This document shows positions 38,369-47,250 of a stretch of 64,000 nucleotides of DNA, one piece after another. The DNA lies in NCBI GenBank assembly GCA_013336275.1, contig JAAXUA010000001.1, forward strand, positions 78,167-142,166, written 5' to 3'. Position 1 is the first letter of the stretch. Every line of letters starts with the position of its first letter. Position numbers and translations under genes: made by a program. Under the pieces are notes generated by a model. It was not told where the DNA came from and did not search any database. It saw only the letters and a program-made list of their open reading frames with translations. The DNA is from Candidatus Falkowbacteria bacterium (lineage in GTDB: Bacteria > Patescibacteriota > Patescibacteriia > Patescibacteriales > GWE2-39-37).

Positions 38369-39049
38369 ATGAATAAAAGGACCGAACAAATACTCGAAAC
38401 CTTAGTCAAGGAACACATCAAGACCGGACAACCCGTGGGGTCAGAAGCTTTGGTGTCCAAGTACAAGCTCGGTGTTTCCTCGGCTACGGTCAGGAACGAG
38501 ATGGCGGAGCTGGAGAATACCGGATACATAGCGCAGCCGCACACCTCGGCCGGACGCATCCCGACGGAGAAGGCCTATCGCCATTGTTTGGAAAGTCTTC
38601 GCGAGAAGAAAGTCAGCGAGATCGAGGCGGAGATATTATCCAAGCTCTTGGAGCAGCGCGACGAGGCCGGATTGAAACAGGTGGCCAAGGCATTGGCGCA
38701 AGCCAGCAACGCTGCCGTCTTCTGGGCCTTCCACCGCAACAACCTGTTCTATACCGGCGTGGCCAACTTCCTGTCGCAGCCGGAGTTCCGCGAGTCGGGC
38801 CTGATCTACGATGTCTCGGCCATCATCGATAGCGTCGACGAGATCATCGATCATATTTTTAACGAGATCCCTTTTGAGCCGACAGTGCTTGTCGGCACCG
38901 ATAATCCCTTCAGTCCGCTGTGTTCGACTATCATCGTCAAATACCGCATCGGCGATCATGCCGGACTTTTCGGTATCTTGGGGCCGATGCGCATGAATTA
39001 TGAGCGCAACCTATCTTTGGTCAGATTTATCAAACAACATTTAGCATAA
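38369..39049 (+). CDS. hrcA: Heat-inducible transcription repressor HrcA (short form)
   Basis: PVGS, SSATVRNEMAELE, QPHTSAGRIPT, GPMRMNY; adjacent CIRCE. Confidence 0.95.
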   Translation: MNKRTEQILETLVKEHIKTGQPVGSEALVSKYKLGVSSATVRNEMAELENTGYIAQPHTSAGRIPTEKAYRHCLESLREKKVSEIEAEILSKLLEQRDEAGLKQVAKALAQASNAAVFWAFHRNNLFYTGVANFLSQPEFRESGLIYDVSAIIDSVDEIIDHIFNEIPFEPTVLVGTDNPFSPLCSTIIVKYRIGDHAGLFGILGPMRMNYERNLSLVRFIKQHLA

Positions 39050-39052
39050 CCT

Positions 39053-39568
39053 ATGGAAACGAAAAAGCACGATAAAGAGGAAACTAAGAAAAGGCACGAC
39101 CACAAACGGTGCGAGCCTTGCGAAACCGAGCTCAATGAACTGGAACATCGCTACAAGACGGCGTTAGCCGATTATCAGAATCTTCTGAAACAGACGGCCA
39201 AGGACAAGCACGAGTTCGCCAAATACGCTAACGAGCAGCTGATACATGAATTCCTGCCGGTCTATGATCACCTGAAATTATCGCTTGCCCATATCGACGC
39301 CGCCGCAGAGAAGAGCAACTGGCTGGTCGGAGTGCAGTATGTCATCAAGCAGTTCCAGGAAGTCTTGGCCAAGCACGGCGTGACCGAAATCAAGACGATT
39401 GGCGAGAAGTTCGACCATAACCTGATGGAGGCGGTCGGAACCGAGCCGGCAGAAACGGACGAGCAGGATGACGTGGTCGCCAAAGAAATCAAGGCCGGCT
39501 ACCTGCTCCATGGCAAAGTCATCACCCCGGCACGGGTCGTAATTTACGAAAAAGCCGTCCAGGAATAG
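39053..39568 (+). CDS. grpE: Nucleotide exchange factor GrpE
   Basis: ADYQN, LPVYD, FDHNLMEAV, GYLLHGKVITPARV. Confidence 0.95.
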   Translation: METKKHDKEETKKRHDHKRCEPCETELNELEHRYKTALADYQNLLKQTAKDKHEFAKYANEQLIHEFLPVYDHLKLSLAHIDAAAEKSNWLVGVQYVIKQFQEVLAKHGVTEIKTIGEKFDHNLMEAVGTEPAETDEQDDVVAKEIKAGYLLHGKVITPARVVIYEKAVQE

Positions 39569-39664
39569 TTTAACCATTAGTTAATAAGCGAGTTTTAGAA
39601 TAACACCATTAATTTTTAACCGGACCGCCAACCGCCGAGCGCGGGAAACGGACCACAAAAATCT

Positions 39665-40096
39665 ATGGCAATCATCAAATGGGCTCCGATGCTCGAGCCG
39701 TTCGAGGAGATGGACAAGATGTTTAACGATTTCCTGCCTAGCACCCGTTCGATGGGCGGTGGCTTCATGCCGGCGGTCGACATGTATGAGGATAAGGACA
39801 ATATCATAGTCGAGACGCAGCTGGCCGGCATCGACCCGGATCAGGTCAGCATCTCGATCGAGAACGACATCTTGTCGATCAAGGGGGAGAGCGAGAAGAA
39901 GAGCGAGATCGACGAGAAGAATTACTACCGCAAGGAAATCCGCCGCGGCAGCTTCTACCGTTCGATTCCGCTGCCGACCCACGTTTCCGGCGAGAAGGCT
40001 TCGGCCGAAGCCGATGGCGGGGTTCTTAAAATCACCATTCCCAAGGCCCCAGAAGCCAAGCCAAGGAATATCAAGATCCAGACCAAGAAGAAATAA
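39665..40096 (+). CDS. Small heat shock protein Hsp20/alpha-crystallin
   Basis: PAVDMYE, LAGI, EIRRGSFYRSIPLP, GVLKITIPK, IKI tail. Confidence 0.95.
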   Translation: MAIIKWAPMLEPFEEMDKMFNDFLPSTRSMGGGFMPAVDMYEDKDNIIVETQLAGIDPDQVSISIENDILSIKGESEKKSEIDEKNYYRKEIRRGSFYRSIPLPTHVSGEKASAEADGGVLKITIPKAPEAKPRNIKIQTKKK

Positions 40097-40150
40097 TCGC
40101 CGGTTTCCGTTTGGCCGGAGATGTTCCGGCCAAGAGTTAAGCCGATAATT

Positions 40151-40738
40151 ATGAACATCGAATACGAAGCGACTTTTTTTCCGGTCGAGAAGGACGAGGT
40201 GCGCGAGCGTCTGCGCCTGGCCGGAGCCGAATTGGTCAGGCCGGAGTTCATGCAAAAGCGGGTCACCTTCAAGTTTCCTGAGGGGCACGATATCTACGGC
40301 GGCTGGCTGCGCGTGCGCGACGAGGGTGATAAGGTGACGATGAGCCTTAAGGTCGTCGATGGCGATACGATAACCGACCAGAAGGAAATCTGTCTGACGG
40401 TAGACAGTTTTGGCGAAGCGGAGAAGTTCCTACTGACCGTCGGCTGCACGAAGAAGGCTTACCAGGAGACACGGCGCGAGCTTTGGCGGCTGGATGGCGT
40501 CGAGATCACTATCGATGAGTGGCCGTTCATCGAGCCTTTGGTCGAAGTCGAGGGCGAATCGGAGACGGCCGTGCGCCACGTCAGCGAGCAGCTCGGTTTC
40601 GATTACAGCAAGGCGCTGTTCTGCGCTGTCGGCTATCTGTACAAGCTGAAATACGGCGTCGCCTTGGATGAAATCAATAACCGCACGCCGAAGATAACTT
40701 TTGAAATGGAAAATCCGTTCGTCAAAAACCGTTCTTAA
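40151..40738 (+). CDS. CYTH-domain protein
   Basis: N-terminal EYEAT (ExExK with K replaced by T), WLRVRDEG, YQETRRELW, IDEWP, VEVEG. Confidence 0.85.
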   Translation: MNIEYEATFFPVEKDEVRERLRLAGAELVRPEFMQKRVTFKFPEGHDIYGGWLRVRDEGDKVTMSLKVVDGDTITDQKEICLTVDSFGEAEKFLLTVGCTKKAYQETRRELWRLDGVEITIDEWPFIEPLVEVEGESETAVRHVSEQLGFDYSKALFCAVGYLYKLKYGVALDEINNRTPKITFEMENPFVKNRS

Positions 40739-40759
40739 TCCGAACAACCCCGCTCGACA

Positions 40760-40817
40760 TTCAGCATTATTTTTTCTGCTTAGACGAGTACGTATGCGCA
40801 GAAAAAATAATGCTGAA
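40760..40817. repeat. Perfect 20-bp inverted repeat upstream of dnaK
   Basis: ttcagcattattttttctgc-(18 nt)-gcagaaaaaataatgctgaa. Confidence 0.85.
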
Positions 40818-40869
40818 CATCAAGCTAGCTCAGAGCAAAAAATAATTTTAAATAATTAGTAAAAACAAT

Positions 40870-42759
40870 ATGGCAAAGATTTTAGGAATCGATTTGGGCA
40901 CGACCAACTGTGCCATGGCCATCATCGAGGGCGGCCAACCGAAGATCCTCGAAAACGCTGAGGGCGCGCGCACGACGCCGTCGATCGTCGCCATCTCCAA
41001 GACTGGCGAACGTTTGGTTGGCTTGGCTGCTAAGCGCCAGTCGGTGACCAATCCGGCGAGCACCGTCTATGCGGTCAAGCGCCTGATCGGCCGCCGCTTC
41101 GAAGATAGCGAGGTTCAGCGCGACCTAGGCGTGATGCCTTATAAGATCGTCAAATCCGGCGAAGGCGTCAAAGTCGTCATGGGCGACAAGGAATATTCAC
41201 CGCAGGAAGTTTCCGCCATGATCCTGTCCAAGCTGAAGGCTGATGCCGAGGCCAAGATCGGAGAAAAGATCACCGAGGCGGTCATCACCGTCCCGGCTTA
41301 CTTCGACGATGCCCAGCGCCAGGCCACCAAGGATGCCGGCCAGATCGCCGGCCTGGAGGTGAAGCGCATCATCAATGAGCCGACCGCGGCTGCTTTGGCT
41401 TACGGTTTCGACAAGAAGGCCGGCCAGCAGATCGTGGTCTACGATTTGGGCGGCGGCACCTTCGACGTTTCGGTCCTGGACATCTCGGCCGATACCGTCG
41501 AGGTCAAGTCGACCAACGGCGACACTCATTTAGGCGGCGAAGACTTCGATCTGCGTATTATTAATTGGATCATTGAAGAGTTTAAGAAAGACCAAGGCAT
41601 CGATCTGAGCAAGGACACCTTGTCCTTGCAGCGGATCAAAGAGGCGGCTGAGAAGGCTAAGATCGAGCTGTCGACTGCTATGGAAACCGAAATCAACCAG
41701 CCGTTCATCACTTCCGATGCCAACGGGCCGAAACACTTGGTCATGAAGATGACTCGCGCCAAGCTCGAGTCGCTGGTTATGGACCTGGTAGAGAAGACCC
41801 TGGAACCGACTAAGAACGCCCTGAAGGATGCAGGCTTGACCGCTTCGCAGATCCAGGAGGTCGTTATGGTCGGCGGCATGACTCGCATGCCTTTGGTGCT
41901 CGCCAAGGTCAAGGAATTTTTCGGCAAGGAGCCGCATCTGGGCGTCAATCCGGACGAGGTTGTGGCTTTGGGTGCAGCCGTCCAGGCCGGCGTCTTGCAG
42001 GGCGACGTCAAAGATGTCCTGCTCTTGGATGTCACTCCATTGACCCTGGGCATCGAGACCCTGGGCGGGGTGGCCACGCCGATCATCGAGCGCAACACCA
42101 CCATCCCGACTTCCAAGTCGCAGACTTTTTCGACAGCCGCTGACAATCAGCCATCGGTCGAGATCCATGTCCTCCAGGGCGAGCGCCCGATGGCGACTGA
42201 CAATAAGTCGCTGGGTCGCTTCATCCTTGACGGCATCCCGCCGGCACCGCGCGGCATCCCGCAGGTCGAGGTCAAATTCGACATCGATGCTAACGGTATC
42301 TTGAATGTCCACGCCAAGGACAAGGCGACCGGCAAGGAACAGAAGATCACTATCACTGCTTCGTCCGGCCTCTCCAAGGACGAGGTGGAGAAGATGAAGA
42401 AGGAAGCCGAGCTGCATGCCGACGAGGACAAGAAGAAGAAGGATGAGATCGAGACCTTGAACCAGGCTGATTCTTTGATATTCACTACGGAAAAACTCTT
42501 GAAGGAATCCGGTGACAAGATGAAGCCGGAGGACAAGACTGAGCTCGAGGCCAAGCTCGAGGAGATCAAGAAGGCTAAAGAGTCCAAGAATGCCGAAGAG
42601 CTCAAGACCAAGATGGAAGAGCTTTCAAATATCGCACAGAAGATTGGCGCGGCCATGTACTCCGCCCAGGGCGGACAGGCAGCAGGTGACAGCTCCGCCC
42701 CAGGCGGGGAAGAGCCGAAGAAGGACGAAGGTCCGGTCGAAGGCGAAGTCGTGAATTAA
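40870..42759 (+). CDS. dnaK: Chaperone DnaK
   Basis: [41 protein letters not shown]. Confidence 0.98.
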   Translation: MAKILGIDLGTTNCAMAIIEGGQPKILENAEGARTTPSIVAISKTGERLVGLAAKRQSVTNPASTVYAVKRLIGRRFEDSEVQRDLGVMPYKIVKSGEGVKVVMGDKEYSPQEVSAMILSKLKADAEAKIGEKITEAVITVPAYFDDAQRQATKDAGQIAGLEVKRIINEPTAAALAYGFDKKAGQQIVVYDLGGGTFDVSVLDISADTVEVKSTNGDTHLGGEDFDLRIINWIIEEFKKDQGIDLSKDTLSLQRIKEAAEKAKIELSTAMETEINQPFITSDANGPKHLVMKMTRAKLESLVMDLVEKTLEPTKNALKDAGLTASQIQEVVMVGGMTRMPLVLAKVKEFFGKEPHLGVNPDEVVALGAAVQAGVLQGDVKDVLLLDVTPLTLGIETLGGVATPIIERNTTIPTSKSQTFSTAADNQPSVEIHVLQGERPMATDNKSLGRFILDGIPPAPRGIPQVEVKFDIDANGILNVHAKDKATGKEQKITITASSGLSKDEVEKMKKEAELHADEDKKKKDEIETLNQADSLIFTTEKLLKESGDKMKPEDKTELEAKLEEIKKAKESKNAEELKTKMEELSNIAQKIGAAMYSAQGGQAAGDSSAPGGEEPKKDEGPVEGEVVN

Positions 42760-42841
42760 TATTCTCATAGATTGCCCGAACTCGCGTTCGGGCAATCGCT
42801 TGAGAAGGTTAGTTGTTCATTCCATACCAAAAGGAGCTTCC

Positions 42842-42895
42842 ATGAAAACGACAGCCAACAGGGCGGTAGTGGAATTCATTCTTGTTTCTGATTAA
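42842..42895 (+). CDS. Possible 17-aa peptide MKTTANRAVVEFILVSD
   Basis: AAAGGAG SD then ATG, preceded by boxA-like TGTTCATTCC; too short for the ORF track. Confidence 0.3.
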   Translation: MKTTANRAVVEFILVSD

Positions 42896-42927
42896 GATGT
42901 CAAACTCTCAGCCAAGGAGGTCAGCAC

Positions 42928-43230
42928 ATGGAATCACGCGCGTTCGGTGAATTCGGAAACGGAGTCTGGAACCTGTTCGCAGCCTTATTCGAGGCTTCGG
43001 CACCGGTGCTCTTGGGTCATTGGGTCATGACGACCATTGTTTCGTTAGCCACCCTGTACATGGCGGCTAACATCTGGATGATCAGGCAATCGTACGGCTC
43101 CATCGCAGGAGCTTTTAAGGAAGGTGGTCCGAAGGAAGGCCTCATGATGCTTTTTCTCGGAGTGCCGCAGACGATCTGGATCTTTTTCAAACTTCTTTCG
43201 CCCGAAGATGGCGAAGAGGATGAAGCTTAA
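42928..43230 (+). CDS. Hypothetical small membrane protein (SD/boxA cassette class)
   Basis: AAGGAGGT SD; 2-3 hydrophobic segments and an acidic tail; hairpin ggggcatg/catgcccc after the stop. Confidence 0.7.
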   Translation: MESRAFGEFGNGVWNLFAALFEASAPVLLGHWVMTTIVSLATLYMAANIWMIRQSYGSIAGAFKEGGPKEGLMMLFLGVPQTIWIFFKLLSPEDGEEDEA

Positions 43231-43288
43231 GCTATGGGGCATGTGTAAGCATGCCCCGACCTCGTCAATTAAATTTTAAAATATTCCC

Positions 43289-43612
43289 ATGTCAAACCAA
43301 GCGCAACCCCAGCCTCAGCCAACGCCATCCCAGCCGGGAGGCAGGCAAGAAATTCAGATCGCTGACAACATCCCTGGGGCCGAGTATGCTAATCTGATGC
43401 AGGTCAGTACGCCGAGCAAAGATGAGTTCCACTTGAATTTCATCACCATCTCCGGCACCAGCGGCCGAGTGGTTTCCAAAATTATCACCAATCCGGGACA
43501 CTTCAAGCGCATTGCCGTTTTGATGAGCAAGCTGGTTGAGGATTATGAGACCAAATTCGGCAAGATCGAGGAAGCGCCGGAGACTAATAAGGAAATCGGA
43601 TTCAAAGAATAA
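43289..43612 (+). CDS. DUF3467-like protein
   Basis: YAN..., [21 protein letters not shown]...YETKFGKI pattern. Confidence 0.75.
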   Translation: MSNQAQPQPQPTPSQPGGRQEIQIADNIPGAEYANLMQVSTPSKDEFHLNFITISGTSGRVVSKIITNPGHFKRIAVLMSKLVEDYETKFGKIEEAPETNKEIGFKE

Positions 43613-43613
43613 G

Positions 43614-44711
43614 ATGAGCAAAGACTATTACAATATATTAGGCGTCGACAAGGGCGCATCACCGGACGACATCAAGAAGGCCTTCCGCAAGAAGGCGCAT
43701 GAGTTTCATCCGGATAAACCGCATGGCGATGAAGCTAAATTCAAGGAAATCAACGAGGCCTATCAGGTGTTGGGCGATGCTAACAAGCGCGCCCAGTATG
43801 ACCGCTTCGGCTCGAATTTCGAGCAGGCTCAGGGAGCTGGCGGTTTCAACGGCTTCGAGGGGTTTCGGGATTTTTCCGGTTTCGCTCAGGGCTTCAATGG
43901 CCAGAATGGAGTAGAGTTCGACCTGAATGACCTTGGCGATATGTTCGGCGGGATGTTCGGCTTCGGTGGTGGCGGGCGCAGCAAGCGCCAGAGCCGCGGT
44001 CAGGACCTGGAGATGACCCTGACTATAGAATTCGAAGAAGCGATTTTCGGCCTTGAGAGGGAATTGCAGCTCAAGCGCCTTAAGGCCTGCGATCGTTGCC
44101 ATGGCAACGGCGCCGAACCAGGAGCCAAGATCGAGACATGTTCAACCTGCCATGGCACTGGGCGCGTTACTCGAGTGCAGAGGACTATTTTGGGCAATAT
44201 CCAGACTCAGACGGCTTGCTCGGCTTGCCGCGGCGAAGGCAAGATCCCTTCGAAGAAATGCAGTAAGTGCGACGGCTTGGGCGTGACCAAGGAAGTCGAT
44301 AAGCTCAGCGTCAAGATACCGGCCGGCATCGATGACGGCCAGACGATCCGTCTGACTGGGCAAGGCGAAGCCGGGCCGCATGGCGCGCCAGCAGGCGATC
44401 TGTATCTGCGCATCCGAGTCGTCCCCTCCAAGAAGTTCACCCGTGAAGGCGATAATATCATTTCCAAGATTGAAATCACGATGGTTCAAGCCGCCTTGGG
44501 AGACAAGGTGCCGGTCCTGACGGTTGACGGGGAAGTGACACTGAAAATTCCCGATGGAACTCAGTCGGGCAAGGTTTTTATCTTGCGCGAACGGGGCGTG
44601 CCGAAGCTTAACGGCCGCGGCCGCGGAGACCATTTGGTAACGGTTGTCGTAAAGACGCCGACAGGGCTCAACCGGCAACAAAGGAAATTATTGGAAGAAT
44701 TGGGCCTGTAA
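43614..44711 (+). CDS. dnaJ: Chaperone DnaJ
   Basis: HPD J-domain, G/F-rich region, four CxxCxGxG motifs; ATG at 43614. Confidence 0.97.
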   Translation: MSKDYYNILGVDKGASPDDIKKAFRKKAHEFHPDKPHGDEAKFKEINEAYQVLGDANKRAQYDRFGSNFEQAQGAGGFNGFEGFRDFSGFAQGFNGQNGVEFDLNDLGDMFGGMFGFGGGGRSKRQSRGQDLEMTLTIEFEEAIFGLERELQLKRLKACDRCHGNGAEPGAKIETCSTCHGTGRVTRVQRTILGNIQTQTACSACRGEGKIPSKKCSKCDGLGVTKEVDKLSVKIPAGIDDGQTIRLTGQGEAGPHGAPAGDLYLRIRVVPSKKFTREGDNIISKIEITMVQAALGDKVPVLTVDGEVTLKIPDGTQSGKVFILRERGVPKLNGRGRGDHLVTVVVKTPTGLNRQQRKLLEELGL

Positions 44712-44905
44712 TAGCGATTTTAAAGAATCCTCGAGAAGCATATTCCTGAGGATTTTTTGTTAAATAGGATACAAGTCTTCGTATTATTGACAAAAATACA
44801 TTTTAAGGTTATATTATAAACTCGTTAATTTGAAATTTCACTGTCTGCACATAGGCAACTAAATATGCCCGTTTTTCGCAGGGTAACCCACAGGAGGAAA
44901 AGACG

Positions 44906-45439
44906 ATGGAAAATTGCGCATGCAGCCCCGGTCCTTTAATGGACCAGATCAGAGCCGTCCGGCCCGAAGACTTTATCGAGCCGCAGATGGCCGAAGGAAC
45001 GTTCGAGCCGATCGAGAAGATGAATCATTTCGAGAAGTGCGCCTTCACTGTCATGATGCGCCTCGACCAGCGGATCAAAGAGCTTCGCGAGGCCATCAAG
45101 GGCGGCCACCTCAAGTCCAACGAGGTCGGTCCGGCCGAGGCGGAAATCAGGGTGCTGGCATCGAAGCGCGATCGGGTCGAAGAGCGGATGTTCTTCTCCA
45201 TCCACGACCGTCTCGACAACTGGGACAAACCGCTTGACGTCAGTAAAGGATGGAAAGTGATCATCCCCGAGGAGCGTGGCCAGATTCATGTCATCGAAGT
45301 GCAGCTCAAATCGCCAGCCGCCCTAGCTTCGATAATCGAAGCAGTGGCCGGCGCCGCCATGAGCGCACAAGAAGTGCCCGGCGCCGCTTGCGCCAAAGGC
45401 TGCCAGATTCACCGCGAAGGCAATGAAACCATGCACTAA
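44906..45439 (+). CDS. Hypothetical protein (SD/boxA cassette class)
   Basis: TTGACA(44787)-17-TATATT; CAGGAGG SD; terminator gggccgct/agcggccc plus T tract near 45464-45493. Confidence 0.72.
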   Translation: MENCACSPGPLMDQIRAVRPEDFIEPQMAEGTFEPIEKMNHFEKCAFTVMMRLDQRIKELREAIKGGHLKSNEVGPAEAEIRVLASKRDRVEERMFFSIHDRLDNWDKPLDVSKGWKVIIPEERGQIHVIEVQLKSPAALASIIEAVAGAAMSAQEVPGAACAKGCQIHREGNETMH

Positions 45440-45532
45440 GTAACAAACCCATCTTAACGAACCGGGCCGCTATCAAAGCGGCCCTATTTTTTTGCTCTGG
45501 ACGGCACGCTTAATCGGTCTTATACTGATTAT

Positions 45533-46042
45533 ATGTTTGAAGAGCAATTAGAATTATTCAATCAGCCGAAAAAGGAAAAACCGGCAGTCGAGTCTAAATT
45601 GGAGGGCAGGTTTTCACCTGCCTTTTTGGCGGCCATAAGGCTATTCTTGCAGGAAAAACTCGCTATCGCGGACAAAGACAAAAAGGATTTCGACCTGCCC
45701 CGCCTGCTGACCGAGCTGAAAAAAAGCGGCGAGGGTTTTGACGCCTATGACCAGGTCATAGCACTGGCCCATTATCGGGAGGTGGCTGGCGTCAGCGATG
45801 AGCCGGCTGCTCGGCGCAAAGCGCAAAAGGATGTTAATTATGAAATGGCCAGATTGGCACGCGAGTTCGACCTGCCGCTTTTCGCCCCCGCTTATCCGAA
45901 ACTCAAAGAACGGCCTGTCGAAACACCGGTTGAGAAGGCTGCAGAGATACGTGAGCCGGCAGATAATGGCAACCCGAAATTATTCAGGCGGGGAGGCCCC
46001 TTTATCAGCTACTCGCACAATGAAGAAGAAGAAAGGAAATAA
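45533..46042 (+). CDS. Hypothetical protein, probably leaderless
   Basis: 169-aa ORF; TATACT at 45521 ends 6 nt before ATG; abuts htrA. Confidence 0.65.
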   Translation: MFEEQLELFNQPKKEKPAVESKLEGRFSPAFLAAIRLFLQEKLAIADKDKKDFDLPRLLTELKKSGEGFDAYDQVIALAHYREVAGVSDEPAARRKAQKDVNYEMARLAREFDLPLFAPAYPKLKERPVETPVEKAAEIREPADNGNPKLFRRGGPFISYSHNEEEERK

Positions 46043-46046
46043 TCAT

Positions 46047-47171
46047 ATGAAAAATTTAAGGATCAAATTGATATCAAGCGCAGCGCTATTTGTTTTCGGC
46101 CTGTCTCTGGGGTTGCTGCTGTCCGTGCCTTCGCGGCCGGCGCTTGAGGCCGATAATCTGCGGCTTGATGAGCAAGAAGCGACGGTGCGGGCGATCAAAA
46201 AGGTTTCGCCGGCCGTGGTCAATATCGATGTGTATCAGAACGTGAAAACACCGTTGATCCTCTTGGGCAGCGGTACTTCCACGACCGAAAGCAGAAAAGA
46301 AAAAGTCGGCTCCGGCACAGGCTTCCTGATCTCTTCCGACGGCCTGCTTTTGACTAATAAGCATGTCATCGAGGTCCAGGATGCGAGCAAAGCCGAGTAT
46401 AAGGTCATTATGCAGAATGGCAAACAGTATTACGCCCAGCTTATCGGCAAGGACCCGCTGAACGATCTGGCTATCCTGAAGATTTTCGATAAGAATCTGC
46501 CATTCGTCGAATTGGGCGATAGCGACAAATTGGCCCCAGGAATCTCGGTCATCGCCATCGGCAACGCGCTCGGCGTTTATCAGAATAGCGTTACCAAGGG
46601 CATCGTCAGCGGCTTGAATCGCGATATCATAGCCAGCGATCAAGCTGGTTCTCCTGAGAACCTGGGCAACGTGATCCAGACCGATGCCGAAATCAATTTC
46701 GGCAATTCCGGCGGGCCGCTGATCGACCTGGAGGGTAAGCTGGTCGGCATCAATGTCGCTGTCGACGCCTCAGGCTCATCGATCGGCTTCGCCATCGCGG
46801 TCAACGATGCCAAACCGGTCATCAAGAGCGCCCGTGAAGTCGGCCGAATAGTCAGACCGAGACTGGGTGTCCGTTATGTCATGATTACGCCGGATATCGC
46901 TAGGGAAAAGAAACTGACCTTGTCCAACGGCGCTTTGGTTGATAATGGCGGTAGTGGCCAGCCGGCAGTCGCAACAGGTTCTCCGGCCGAGAAAGGCGGA
47001 ATAAAAGCGGGGGATATCATAATCGAAGCCAATGGCACCAAGATCGAAGGCCGTAACACCCTCCTGTCCGTGACCCAGAAGTTCAAGCCGGGCAATGTAC
47101 TGAACCTTAAAATCTGGAGGAATGGCAAGACGATCAAAGCGGCCGTTACCCTGGACGAGTTCAAGCTGTAA
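46047..47171 (+). CDS. htrA: HtrA/DegP-family serine protease with one PDZ domain
   Basis: GSGTGF, TNKHV, DLA, QTDAEINFGNSGGPL; ATG at 46047. Confidence 0.93.
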   Translation: MKNLRIKLISSAALFVFGLSLGLLLSVPSRPALEADNLRLDEQEATVRAIKKVSPAVVNIDVYQNVKTPLILLGSGTSTTESRKEKVGSGTGFLISSDGLLLTNKHVIEVQDASKAEYKVIMQNGKQYYAQLIGKDPLNDLAILKIFDKNLPFVELGDSDKLAPGISVIAIGNALGVYQNSVTKGIVSGLNRDIIASDQAGSPENLGNVIQTDAEINFGNSGGPLIDLEGKLVGINVAVDASGSSIGFAIAVNDAKPVIKSAREVGRIVRPRLGVRYVMITPDIAREKKLTLSNGALVDNGGSGQPAVATGSPAEKGGIKAGDIIIEANGTKIEGRNTLLSVTQKFKPGNVLNLKIWRNGKTIKAAVTLDEFKL

Positions 47172-47250
47172 TTTCACCCGAAGTGCAATTTTTGCTATAA
47201 TTGAATCATCTGTCCATCCGGGCTTCCGGAGGGACTATAACTAACTAAAA

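Noticed and set aside
41197..42656. Long antisense ORFs opposite dnaK
   Set aside because: Well-known dnaK antisense-frame artefact.
45798..46046. N-terminal extensions in the ORF track (htrA; likewise dnaJ 43536, mreB 27693, ZIP 62674)
   Set aside because: They overlap upstream genes or repeats, and downstream ATGs give family-typical N-termini.
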